DNA of 64,000 nucleotides from Trichosphaerium sp. ATCC 40318 (Eukaryota; Protista; Tubulinea): NCBI GenBank assembly GCA_038496445.1, contig JALMLS010000138.1, positions 248,001 to 312,000 of the forward strand, read 5' to 3'. Shown piece by piece: positions 51,401 to 64,000 of this stretch (position 1 is its first letter; each line of letters starts with the position of its first letter). The notes under the pieces were generated by a model. It saw only the letters and a program-made list of their open reading frames with translations, ran no database searches and was not told where the DNA came from. The position numbers and the translations under genes were made by a program.

Positions 51401-53631
51401 TTGTGATTTTTTTTTCAACTTTCAGTTTCTAATTCCGGCTCAGGGCACTCCAATTAAGCAAGATTTGAAAATGAAGAAGATTAAAGATCAGACAATCGTT
51501 CTACAAAAGGATGAAACATATAACCAAATACATTCAAAGAGCATGCCAAACTTTCAATCGCAAATGTCTAAAGAGTTATCACAATATAATTCATCTCCAC
51601 CAACGACGAGTAACAAACGCACAATACCTGATTCAATGTATATAGACGATTCATCATCATCGTCATCTGAAGAGGATGCACCTAAAAATAAAGAAGAGAA
51701 GGAAGAAAAAGATAAAAACGAAGAAGAAGATGTCGATTTTTCTCTGTTCTTGCTCAAAAAGAAGCCAGAGACAAGAATTAAGAGTTACATCTCTACTTTG
51801 AGGTATGAACTGCTGGCATTTATTTCAACTATGCGCAAGCATAGTGTATTGTCATTGAAGCCATCTTCTACTCAAAAGGGAGGAGCTTCCATTGACTTAA
51901 AGCAAAACTATTTTGTTGTCTTTCTAATACCTGGTAGTAACTCTACAATGTCCGAGCTTGCTAGTATATCGCAAATATCTATACAAGCTGGCGGAAGCGA
52001 TTCCGAGCAAAATATTATTCCAAGTAGTCAAGCAGTCACTGAATTTGTCAACTTTTTGTCATGCACAGTCGAACCTAGTGCTCCAGGTACGCAAAAAAAT
52101 ATAAATTCAAAAAAAAAAAGACTTTTATTAAATTCGTCTTGCCAAACCATACGCCAACACGTGGTTGTTGTGATTGTTACCTCAATTCCGTTTGTTTCAT
52201 ATGTATCCATTGTTTTTTCTAATTAATATCCACGTGATTGTTAGAGGGAGTGAAAATAGCTAACCTTTTTTTTAGAGCCTGAGCCTGAAGAAATTAAACA
52301 AGATGACGGTTCTGGAAAGTATGTGACACCGTCAGTGAAGGAACTACGTGCGGTAATAGAACGTGCTATATTAGCAGATTCAAGTGATTCACAAAGTCCA
52401 CACCGTCGACCACATCCTGAGCGCTCAGAGCGCCCAAAACGGACAAAGAGTCCAATAAGACCTATTAAAGTTTCTCAGTATAGATCACTTTCGTGTATGG
52501 ACCTTAGACAGTCTGCACCTCTTCCAGGTCCTATAGAAATAAAACCAAAGAAGAAAAAACATCAAAGAGCGAGAAGAATGAGAAAAACGTTTTCAAGATC
52601 AGAAAATAAGGTCAAACAAACTATCCAAAAAAAAACAAAAACATCCAAAAAAAAAAATCTCGTTTTACTTTTTTAATTATCACGTGATAAGCTCAGAAAG
52701 TTTTTATTTCAACAATGTGATTCTTATAAGAGATATCAGGCCAAAAAATCAGGAGAAAAATCAAATATCGAGGGAATCAAAGGACATACACGTCTGAGAA
52801 GGTAACCACTTGTTATTTTTTTTTATTACCTAATTTTTCTCATCTCTAACCGTCTTTCTTCTCAGATCATCTGTTGATTCTTCTGTGTGCGTAATAAAGA
52901 TACGATAAGCTTTAACTTACAAGTGATAATTAGTACAAAACCACCAAACGGGCAGCAAAAAGCTTTGGTCCACGAAATTCAACAGCGAGGAAGAAGAATA
53001 AGAATGAGAAGTATATCACTCGGAAGACCAATGTCAAATAGTGTTGTTTCGAATGATAGGTAAAATATCACAAGGATAACTATTTCTTACTAACACTTCT
53101 TTCGGAGCTCTGATGCGTTCGTTGACTCGACAGGAGTGACAAATTACAGAGGTTTGTCTTCTTCAAATGACTCATCACCAAGTAAGTGACTTGTGCTATT
53201 AATTGGTTCTATTGAATAACAAAATTATAAGGACGCATAAGAATGAGGTTTGGATCAGTATCTGCTGGATCTGATTCATCTGAATCAAGTAAATTTGTAG
53301 ATTCAAAAGAAGCTTTTAAAGTACGATGCAAAAAAAAAACAAAAAAAACAAAAAAAAAAGATTCATTTTCTTCTTGAGAACGATGTCAACATCACGTGAG
53401 GCTTCACGTGTATTTTTTAATTTTAATCAAACTCTCTGCCCATAACACTGTTTTATGAAGCATACTAGATATTACTGTTACGAAAAAGGGTTGCAAATTG
53501 AGCAGTTTTTTTTTTCTTTCTTTCAAAGCCGAGTTACCAATGAAGTTGTAAACTTTTTTGTTCTTCAATTTACTAATGCGCTATTTTAGCATGTACTGCC
53601 ACTGATTAGAAAAGCTAATAGACATGAATGA
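48410..53631 (+). CDS. PPPDE/DeSI-family isopeptidase with a very long low-complexity C-terminal region
   Basis: VRLNIYDL...GAFHSGVEVFGLEFSFG...YHILNKNCHHFC...IPKYLNKL (catalytic His and Cys); many downstream Ser/Lys/Glu-rich exons; 3' end and single-gene status inferred. Confidence 0.75.
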
Positions 53632-53908
53632 ATCTTAGCAATTTTTTTAAATTTACTTGTAAAGAAAAAAACTGTGGCCGACATAAACCATACACGTGTG
53701 CATATTAAAAAAAAACCAAACTCAAGTTTAGTTAAAAAAAACAAAGTTGTAAGCTCATTACAGTCAAATACGGATGTAGGCTGGTCACAATACATCTAGA
53801 CATTGCGTGACTATCATTAAAGTTGAAAGAAGTATAATTTTTCTATGGTAGGTGAGCTGGTCGCTTGTAATTTACAGTGGAAGGTAAAGAGTTTTTTTAT
53901 TGTTGTTT

Positions 53909-54700
53909 TTAGAGGTCATTTACAACGACAGCAGTGAGACTATTGTCGGCCAACAAGCCTTCTGCGAAAACAGTGTAGATAAGACCAGCTTCAAGCGTAA
54001 CACCAGGAAGAGCAAGAGCGACAGTATTTGTACCTGCAACACGTACTTCAAGGTCAAAAGTACCAGGAAGTAATTGAAGGTAAGATGACGCTTTTGTAAA
54101 TGATATGGCCTTGAATAGAACGGGACCGCCCTTTACAGCAATATCTACTGAAGGTGCATCAGGTGACAAATGAGCAAAGCGAACAGCAAGAAAACCCTGG
54201 AGTTAATAAGTAAGAATTAAATGATATTTTCTTTGCTTGTAAATAGTTGGTAACGTACGCTTCTTGGAAGTCTGTTATCATCCAAGAAAACAACAGGACG
54301 AATTGCAGCGAGTTTTCCAGCAGCAGCAACAGTGACAACTTGATCATTTGATGTATCAAATTCGCTGTAAAGAATCGTTAATTACTTGGCTTATTTTCCA
54401 ACAAAACCATCAATGTTTCGTACTCAATTTGAATTACAACTGGGCCACCTTGTGCCATGACACTAACGTTGTATTTTGAAGCTGGTAGAGGAGCATATGC
54501 TGTAACACCTTTGAATCCGAGGCCTTTGAATACCTAGCGATGCGTTAGTGTTAAATCAACAACTGAAGACATACAGCGAGACCATCTACAACAACGTTGA
54601 CTCTAGGTGCATCAGGTGAAGCGTGAGCGAACCTGATAAGAGCGCAAGATGAAATACAAGCCAAAGAGAGTACAAGAGTAACAAGAGTAAGTGTGTTCAT
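53909..54700 (-). CDS. Secreted DUF4397-domain protein, copy A
   Basis: Signal peptide; two repeats of RFAH(A/L)SPDAP.VD; 3 introns. Confidence 0.85.
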
Positions 54701-55511
54701 TGTGGTGGTTTTTTTTGATATAATGAACCAGTTCGGAAATTTGCTTCATTTTCATTTCTCCACGCTTTCTTATTTGCATAAATCCGGTAGAAATATGTTC
54801 CGAACGCATAAACCAGCTGTAAGGTGATGATGGCGTACACTTAAACGCTCTATCAGCTTCGGTAGATTTGTTCTGTGTACATTGTATTCTCCGTTTTAGA
54901 GCTGCGGTACAGGCACATGCACTTTGGGCTTAGTACTGTTTAGGTTGCATTTAGGAGGGTTGCTTGTACATAATAGGATGTTGCGATTTCCATATCTGGT
55001 GTTGGTAACAAAACAAGAGAGTTGCACTTGTAAATATCAATTGACTATTCAAACTATACTTTTTGTCTCTTAACGTACTCGCGGGTTAGAATGGGATATG
55101 CTTCAGTACATCATTTCAAGTTTGTTTCCATGTCAGTTCTTTAAAACGAGGTCTAGTCTTCTTTTTTTAGATTAAAGTTTTTCCGAAGGAATCCTTACTT
55201 TAGCTAGAGAAGAACTATATGTAACTCTGTAAGTTTTTATGGAACTTACACTTTTACTTGTTCCTGAGAATTTTACTGACAAAGACGTTGAACATTCTTA
55301 CCCATTTTAAGCTCCTTCTTTTTCTGAAAAGATAAAGTACAAAGCAAACAGTACTACTATTTAATCCAAGTTAAAAAGAGCAACGAAAGTTTTCGGAAGG
55401 AACACGGAGCAATTAATTACCGAAGATTTTCTTCAAATTAGGAGAAACGATTGACAAAAAATATCGAAATTTCTAGTGACTTACCAACTTTCATTATCTC
55501 AAAACGTTAAC

Positions 55512-56325
55512 ATGAACACACTTACTCTTGTTACTCTTGTACTCTCTTTAGCTTGTATTTCATCTTGCTCATTAGTAAGGTTTGCTCACGCTTCACCTGA
55601 TGCACCTTCAGTTGACGTTATTGTAAACGGACAATTTGTAAGTGTAGTTTTGGTTTTATAGGCAAAAGAAAAAGCTAACAATATGACTCTTAGTTATTCA
55701 AAAACCTCGAGTTCAAAGGATTCACCGAATACTCTCCTGTGCTACCTGGAAAATACAACATTAGTATTGTTGCCTCCGGCACAACAGGTCCTGCTGTTCT
55801 TCAAGTCAAGTATGATACAATCAATTTGATTTCTTGCAGACTCTTTTAATTGCGTTCTAGCAACTATGACGCCACAAGCACTGAAGTTATCACTGTAGCC
55901 GCTGCTGGAAAACTTGCAAAACTAGTTCCAGTTGTTATTATGGATGACAGAAGACTTCCAATAAGAGTAAGTATTAATCTCAGTTTATTGCGATAAACTC
56001 TTTCGGACATTAATCAAGACGGCTAACTTTTTTACGTCAGGGATATGTTGCTTTCCGTTTTGTACACCTTGTCTCCGATGCTCCAGCTGTAGATATTCTC
56101 GTGGGAGGAAAAAAATTCTTCGAGAGTGTTTCATTCAAAGAGTCAACAACATACGCCAGAGTAAGACCTGGTACTTTCGACATTCTAGTACTCGTTGCTG
56201 GTACCAATACTGTAGTTCTTGATGTTCCAGGTGTAAAGCTCGCTACTAATCGTATATACTCTGCGTATGCTGAAGGTTCACTTTATGAGGATACTGTCAC
56301 TGCTGTATTGGAGGATGACCTTTAA
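55512..56325 (+). CDS. Secreted DUF4397-domain protein, copy B (head-to-head paralogue)
   Basis: VRFAHASPDAPSVDV and FRFVHLVSDAPAVDI; same three intron positions as copy A. Confidence 0.85.
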
Positions 56326-57445
56326 GACAAAAAACAAATAAACTTATTGCAAGCTCTTTCGTTATACTTTGAGGTAAATCCTACCTCCATACTTTCAAAA
56401 ACATTACCTACCCTTGAGAAACCTACAAACAATGATAGGTGTGTATACGCACAACCATCACAGTTATTTTCTTACGGACACTCCTTTCATCACGTGATAA
56501 TTCTTCCGAAATTAGGTTGAGTTTGCTCTGACGTTTATTTAGCTATGTTGTTGCGACTCAAATCTCAAGGCTTTGAGTCTGCCTCACTTTTCTTGTATGG
56601 GCGTAAGAAAAACGGTAACCGGTAATATCTTCAATAAGATAATGATTGTAGCAACTCCATTTGTTTAACATTAGAAAAATAGCCATATTTAGTTTCATTT
56701 TGTCTGTGTTAAGCGCAAGAGCTTGTTCATCACTGTGAGTATGTAGTTAACAAGTAAGATTATTTTATTTACAAGGTGTAACCCATCATACAACTATGAG
56801 GATGAAAACAGTTTAAGTAATGACAACTAACAATTGGATTATTGACTTTTTTTGTACTCGATAATCCGTGTCAACTCCTTACTTTAGTATTGAATATTAT
56901 GTGATGCGCCCCTTTCTAATTTTCTTCTTACCTATCGCTAACAGCCCAATAACTACCAGGAGGTCATAAAGTGCCACTTGGATATTATGAGGTTTACCAG
57001 GTCTTGTATGAAGATGTTGATACAGGTTCAACGTCTAATGTTGCTAAACAAAAAGAACGATCATAGGATGCTATGCATTGCCTACTCAAAGTTTATATAG
57101 AGCTTTTCCCTAACGGCAGAACTCACCTCTGTATCGGACCTTATAATTTTCTTGGCCCAGACCGAGTTCCTAAGTTAATTACGTGCTACTTACGAGGACA
57201 TGCTGGCTAATGTAACGATTCAAGCTTTCACACTACGTCGGATTAAGATGGAACTTTGACAACTCCACCTCGCAATGCATACACCCACTAAGCTAGACGG
57301 AGGACTCCCTTAAATGTTTTCGACCAAATGGCTAGGAAGCCCCACGCGTGGTGCACACACTGCAACTACTACAATTTACAAGATAAATTCGTTTCATTTT
57401 ATACCCATAAAAGCTACTCAGAAATAAATTGTGGGATACAGACTG

Positions 57446-57920
57446 CACTTCACAGAAAATTCTATTGTAATTACTCAAATATGGATAATGCATATTTCAA
57501 AACGCTACAAATGGCTTGTGCATGCTATTTAAACACTTGGAAACCATAGCAGCAAAGTTTTGGTTCAAAAAACGTGTTTCTAAGCGAGAACTTCTTTTTC
57601 TGGTTGTTGCATTGTTCACTTCACTGAAATTCTATTGCAATTACTCAAAAATGGATAATGCACATTTCAAAACGCTCATAAAGGCTTGTGAGAGCTATTT
57701 ACACGCGCGGAAATCCTAGTGGCGAAGTTTTGTTCCAAAAACGTGCAATTAAGCGATAACTTCTTTTTCTGGTTGTATACGTCAGTACACTTCACTGAAT
57801 ATCAATTTAAGTGACGCAAATATGGATAATGCACATTTAAAAACACCATAAACCCTGGAACTAAGCATTTTCATGCGTTGAGAACCGTTTCAGCGCTCGT
57901 TTGTTTCAAAAAACGATAAG
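57446..57920. repeat. Degenerate tandem repeat, 171-bp period, about 2.8 copies
   Basis: Units start with cacttcac at 57446, 57617 and 57788; shared atggataatgca(c/t)attt and aacttctttttctggttg. Confidence 0.9.
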
Positions 57921-59124
57921 TACTGTTGCAACTATAATGTGCACTTAAAGTAGACAGCCTAGTAAAACACTATGTTCCCCGTACAGAGATACAGCATGTT
58001 TTAGGTTGTTAAAAGTAACTCTCAAAGGATGCCGAGTACAACACAAAATTTTGAAGCAATACATGACCATGAGCTTTGTGTTCTGATTCTGTATATCCGG
58101 GTCGTTGAGCCGCTTATTTGCAAACACTACTATCTAAACCAACGTCTTTCACTTCCCGATAAGCAAGCCCTATTATAACCTATGCTATTGTAGGTGTTCT
58201 AAATCTATTTACCGCATTAAAGAACTTAAAGACAGTGGGTATTGATGTTCTATAGTTGGGTTTTTCCAGCATTGTTGTACGAATTAAATTGTGACTCAGA
58301 GAAATCCAGCAATCGCTGCAAATCGAACACTTTGTTGCGTCTTATAAACCACTACGCCAAAAGCGTATTAACGCACTTCCTGTCGGAGTGAGGTGGAACC
58401 TTATACGACAATTTAAGACATAAGAAATGTATTGTCAAGGTACATTATTACTTCGGTTATTAACCAACGGTTGGTGTATTAACTACCTTACCAGCAGCGT
58501 TTACATTACTCCTAACGCGGGATGTACTAATATCGGCTGTTATAGGCGTATCCGGTGGAACAATCTCAACAACAGTTATGTCTGGTCTGTCTTTAGCAAT
58601 AGCTTCTTTTGCTTCAACGCCATCCAACTAGCTCTCTGGCCACTTGCTCTTATTGCTCATTCGATCTATTATGAGTAAGTTGTGGTACTAATCTTTGCTA
58701 ATGTACTGTACTATTGGGTATCGCAGTTTTTTGACTAGTTCTTTTTGACCAAAGTGATCGCTTTGTTTTCGAAAACAATCACATGCACTTAAGTTTTTTA
58801 GTCGCGTGACATTGTGCTGTTCACCAGGAAGACTAAGAAAAAACAGTACTACTCTTATGTAATAACGTTTCTTCACAGAATTCTTCTTACCTTGAACACG
58901 TCGCAGCATTCTGACTTCTATGCAGTTGTTTAATAGATTCTTTGCGGTGATATCCTCAGGTTAGGAACCATCAACAGCGCAATGAGAAATAGTTTTAATG
59001 AGACTACTTTTGGCCTTCAAGCACATGAACAAAGGTAAAGAACTGACAAAATTAGCCTCTTCTGGCTTTCATTTATTTTAAAATCATAATATACAAATGG
59101 TAAAAAAACAACGTCAGACTGATC

Positions 59125-60522
59125 TTAACACGTGATCAAATCGAAGCTTGTTGTTGAGCCTTTTTTCGTTTTCTGCTGATACGCCGTGTCGCCTTGTTTG
59201 ACTAATCCCATTCCCGTTGGTAGTGATTTTGAGTTCTTTGATGAATCAATTGTTTTAGGTTTTCTAATAAGAAGCCTTGTGAACCCTGTTGATGACTTTG
59301 ACTTTTTACTATTCAATCTCTTTGATGGATCTACCCATTTAAGGTTTAAACAAGTCTTAGCTGATAGCCTCTTATTAACGTTAGGGTTTAGAAGGTATTT
59401 CATAAACGTCACAGCTTCATAAGGTAACTTTGAGTGTCTGCGCAGTATTTTGTCCCAGTTGTGTCCTCCTGCTGAAACAAGAGCAGTAAGGCGATTTATA
59501 AAGTCTTTTGTGTCGTTTTTCTCAACGCGTAGTGGGTACGATCTCGTTAAGAGAACGAAGCAGGTGATTCCAGTTGACCAAATATCGAATAGTTCGTTCC
59601 ATTTTCTTTTGATGAAAGCTTCAGGTGGCATATACTCTGGTGTACCACTTAGTTTGATAGAACCGGAAGCAGTCTCTTCTATTCTTGAAGTGTAGCCGAA
59701 ATCGGCGATTTTGATTTTCTTATCGTATCCAATGAGTAGGTTATCTAGCTTGATATCTAAAAGCAAGAGTAAGAACGCAAGTAGACAATAGAACAAAAAA
59801 AAAAATTCTAAATCCGCCGGAGTATTCCGTCGGAGGAGACGAAAAACAAACTCGCGAAACTTTGAAGTAATCAAAAAAACGTACCTCCGTGTACATATCC
59901 TAGGCCGTGTATATGAGTGAGCCCTTTAAGTGTTTGTCGTATTATAGACTTAGCCATTTTCTTATCAATAACATACATATGAGAATCTACCATTACATTT
60001 AAACTACCCATTGCAGCCTCGAAAGCGAGTACAGGAATACCTGATTATACAACAGTAAGTAACATGCGAAAAATAAATAATGTGCACGAGAAAAAAAAAA
60101 GCACGTAAAGAGATCTTTTTATCTCCGTATACGCCACCATGGCTCTCGTAAAGCTCAAGCGAACCATAAAGAAATTTTGTAGAGTGTAATTTGTAAATTG
60201 TTGGTCCAAAAAGCCGTTAACAAGAACGGAACGTACCTTTGAAATAATGGACGTCATACAGTGTTATAACATTTTCATGAGTTGGTTGATTAGCTAAATA
60301 CTCGATCTCTTGTTTGATAACATCGCGCTTTTCATCACTTGAGTCTATTATCGTTTGCTTTACACATTTGAGAGCTACACGTCTGCGTGGTTTAGAGCGT
60401 TCTTTTGCTTTGTAAACCCGAGCTGTATGTCCTTCCCCCAATGGACGTAAAACCTTGTATTTACTCTTCACAGCAGTCTTATTAAGAGGCCAAGGAGCTT
60501 TATACCCGAATATGTTATACAT
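59125..60522 (-). CDS. Ser/Thr protein kinase (CAMK-like fold, non-RD)
   Basis: LGEGHTARVY, VALK, HENVITLY, VHGDIKLDNLL, IADFG, GTPEYMPPE, DIWSTG; 2 introns. Confidence 0.92.
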
Positions 60523-61572
60523 GAGCTTCGGGTTTGAGAGGAGTAGTTAGAATTAGATCAATGGGTTCCTTTTTCGATGAAAAGGAGTGAAGGTTGCTTG
60601 ACAAGTTGCTTGGTTGGCAGAACCTTTATATAATTGGTTTAATTCACAAAATGATTTGGTGTTCTGCCGCTAGAAGGGAGTAGTGATGCGCTAGCAGTGT
60701 ACACTGTTAGGGACAAAAAAGGGAGTTAATAAACTGATTGATCAGAGAGGAAAGCATGAGTAAAGGGGACCGTTAATTCGGTTTGTCGTAAGGAGTTTTT
60801 CGGAACTCTTCAGAAATAAAAAAAAACGTGCGCAAGAATGCTCGTAAAAAAGTAATCATTTTCTCCAAAACGGATAAAAGTACTCGTCTATGCTATGAAA
60901 GTACCGTGGTATATTTTCCGGTGTTAAAAAGGACGACAAGTTGTGTGGTTTGTGTTTTAAAACTGCACTTGTAATTTTTAAAGTATGATAGTCTGTAAAT
61001 ACTAGATAACGTACCATGGCATTATTACAGTGCGCTTCACGCATAAAAGAAAACTATTCGTCGTTTTTTTAAGCTTAATAGCTTAATATTAGTATAACAT
61101 CATGATTACCTCGGGCGCGATACTGTTGTATAATAATATGAAAGGACACAGAAAAAAAAAAAACAATAAGTCGTAACACTCGAGTTCCAAAAACGTGACG
61201 TAAATGACGTTTTTGAGTATTTCCTGAAATTCGATGTAACATCAACGCTCGTACATATGACAACATAAACTTTGTTGAGGTTTGGTAATTTTGAAAAGTC
61301 ACGTGTTTTTTTCTGAAATTGTTTCATAATGGGAACACGCCGAGTTTTTGTCATGTTCGAAGGTCAAAAATACCACTAGTCCCACATCATTACCGTGATT
61401 TTGTTCCTGACTAGGTATTCTACTTTGTGAACCGCGAAGGAATTTTTGTTGGTAAGTTGTCACAAGCTGTTCAATTGAACTAGTTTTTTATTTCAGCTTG
61501 TTTTTATTTTTTACCGTGTTCACACGCAATAGAGTACTTGGAGTACCTTTATAATAGTTAGTATACACGTTT

Positions 61573-62979
61573 TCAAAAATAAGTTCCAGCGTACCCCAAG
61601 CATAACTCTGGATACTCAAGTGGTGGATAGCCAATGTTTTCAGTCAAAACAGTTAAATCCAACCTTTAAAAAAAAAAGTAAGACTCTTTATCTAGATGTG
61701 TACTCTAGTGGGTACCTGTAAGGTGAACCAAGCCACATACTGCGTGCAGTGTGATCTTCGATTTCGTGTTTGGAAAGAGGATGGTGAAGGATAGTAAGTT
61801 CACCACGGTTGATCTGAAAAAAACGGTTAAATTGAAACAACATGATTGCTAAACAAATTCGCCCAAAAAACTACCAAAGTATTTGTAGCATTGTCCGCAG
61901 ACCTTTAGCCTCTTCAATTCATAGGAGGCTTCTGAGTCACGGCAATGACATACAGATAAAAGATATTGATGACAAATGCAATACAAAACAATAGTTGAAA
62001 CTACCAAAAAAAATGTCCTAAAATAACATCGTACCATTAAAAATGATAGTACTTCAGAAAGGTGCTCTTTAGGAACCCAAACTTCAAAAGATCCGCAAGG
62101 ATGAGGTCCACGTGGTCCATTATTAACCGATGGTATATTGCTGACATTTACCTTAGCTATAAAAAAAAATCAACAAATCTGTCAAAAAACACAAAATTGA
62201 CACTGTTTGAAGAAACCCTACGGGTTGTTTGTAAAATTTTTGTTTGAAAAAAACTTCGCATATTTCCGCTTTGCACAATGTAAGAGTTCTGCCATTGTAG
62301 TATTAAAGTCAAGAAAAAGAATTGGTTCAAAAAGTCGTTAAATTTTTTTAAAACGATCCGGATTACGCATAACTACACTATTCATGTAGTTTGGATATTG
62401 GCGCATGCGATAGATACTTTTCTTTAAATTTCAATTGTTTGCAAGAACGAAAAATGAAGGAAAAGCGAGAAAAAAATAAAACAAAGAGACAACAACGAAA
62501 CACGTACGAACAATGTCATTTGTGATGCCATCAAAGATTGCAACGAATTGACCTTCTTGTACTGCATTCAATAGCTTTTTTCTTAGAGCTGTAGCTGCAT
62601 TTGCGCTGCGTTGGTTCTGTTGGAACCAGTAGACGTGGAAATGGAACTCTATTGTTCGTCATTTTCTTTAATCGTTATGCAGCCGCTTGTTGAGGTATAA
62701 CAGCGACTGAAAGGTTTGGAAAGAAAGATAGCGTACCCATAATTTCGTTATCGTGGAAAGTGATGCTATCGGCGTCTATTGGTTCTGTAGTATAATTTAG
62801 AGCGAAAACACTTTGTTTTACGCACTTTGGAAAGAATGAGAAGTCCAGTAGTCCTGACCATTACCATATACAACAGCGAAGGTACAGACTGCATTGTCGG
62901 TTAATTTTCAAGTTTAAGAGGTTTTCAAAGTAAAAAGAGTTGTACCGAGTGCCAAACAGTACGTGAGAGCGGTGGCCAT
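61573..62979 (-). CDS. DOPA 4,5-dioxygenase-family protein with an N-terminal signal peptide (absent from the ORF track)
   Basis: Spliced: MATALTYCLALVCTFAVVYG...IMEFHFHVYWFQ...ATALR...GPHPCGSFEVWVP...LSFLMINRGELTILHHPL...EDHTARSMWLG...LDLTVL...YPELCLGY. Confidence 0.85.
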
Positions 62980-63298
62980 GCTGTAATGTGTTTTTCAGTG
63001 TAAGCTACTAGGTACAAACTTAACATGGAATTCGTCACGAAAAAGGTCCATTTGGTTACACTAATAATAGGGTCATGCGTGCTAAATACTGCTCTGATAC
63101 TTACAGCGATTGTAGACAAATTACGAATCAAAGAATCTTTACTTTTTTTTACAAGAGCAACCACCGAGAATCTTTAAGAGCGAATGATGCCACAACAATA
63201 AGAAAAAGGTGTCAAGGTATCATGCAATAATCAAATTCGATTAACTTGTTGTTACATCAGTACTGCCAGTTACTGCTTCAGCCTTGGTGAAGGTAACA

Positions 63299-63625
63299 TC
63301 AAAAGTATTTTAATCTACGTATTCTTGCTGGTACATGCCCAGGTATTACCCAGCCTCGGTCTTCTTTTTGAAAAAGAAGCCTCCTTTCGGCAATTGAAGA
63401 CAGTTTATCGCGTAACATGCGCTTATAGTTGAGTTTGTCTGAATCTTCTGTGTAGTGCTCCTTTCTGTATCTGTCGGTATATATTATGCGCCAGAGGGTG
63501 TTATCTTGCAGTTCAGATGATAATTGTTTGTTTGTACACGAGAGAGATCCTACAGAAGTCCAACACTTCTCATTATATAGAATAATCTTTTGTATTAACT
63601 CCAACGGAAGAATGGCCAGCGACAT
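63299..63625 (-). CDS. Small F-box protein
   Basis: MSLAILPLELIQKIILY...LSCTNKQL...DNTLWRIIY; the start may lie in an upstream exon. Confidence 0.65.
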   Translation of the reverse strand: MSLAILPLELIQKIILYNEKCWTSVGSLSCTNKQLSSELQDNTLWRIIYTDRYRKEHYTEDSDKLNYKRMLRDKLSSIAERRLLFQKEDRGWVIPGHVPARIRRLKYF

Positions 63626-64000
63626 GATACACAAACGGTGTATGTAATAAAAAAAAATAGCGTCACAGTTTGTCAAAAAAAGCTAAAAATACTACTTACA
63701 TAGAAAATGAGTTTGGGTCAAAACAATTGTGTACATATTTTTACAGCTACGAGAAATAAGGCCATTCAATATAGAGCTAAGACACTGTCCAAAACTGTCG
63801 TTCTCTTAGTACTACAAAGCACGTGCATTTTCGCAACTAGTACATTTATGGGTAGCAGGGTTACACATGCTCATTAATCACCTCAGGCTGTTATTATGGC
63901 GATAGCACTGTTGTTTTCAGCACAAATATTGTGCAAGCAGATATTTCTAATTTTCGTACCTGGCTTACCTAGCTTCAAGCCCTCCTTTAGATAGCAATCA

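Noticed and set aside
57446-57920. Repeat as a CRISPR-like array
   Set aside because: Whole units are homologous with no unique spacers; eukaryotic context and no cas genes.
58427-58909. Short ORFs in the gap before the kinase
   Set aside because: No motifs or splice support; likely spurious or decayed.

Overview
AT-rich, gene-dense eukaryotic DNA with many short spliceosomal introns (mostly about 40-60 nt, donors GTACGY/GTAAGT/GTATGT), so the ORF track fragments most genes. I rebuilt exon chains by eye; all family calls are from motif recognition, with no database search. The actin sequence ([14 protein letters not shown]...[12 protein letters not shown]) and an ABP34-like protein suggest an amoebozoan. 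Core genes: actin, UBLCP1, a UBE2O-like E2, a C2-TKL kinase, a non-RD kinase, a PPPDE/DeSI peptidase and three small GTPases. The Rho and Ras carry substitutions at GTP-hydrolysis residues, and the Arf does too if an inferred micro-exon is right. An accessory zone at about 15-27 kb holds an intronless F-box protein with 12 x 21-aa LRRs (constant scaffold, hypervariable face, two decayed relatives in the window). The same zone holds a DUF3472 gene, a MoaD-like protein without its C-terminal GG, a secreted Cys-rich gene with two derivatives, a TIMP-like gene and an aegerolysin/actinoporin-like toxin candidate. Elsewhere are two head-to-head inverted gene duplications (GST, DUF4397), a signal-peptide DOPA 4,5-dioxygenase-family gene, a 171-bp tandem repeat and a strongly over-represented, often intronic palindrome, TCACGTGA. 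I recognised no tRNA, rRNA, CRISPR array or intact transposon.
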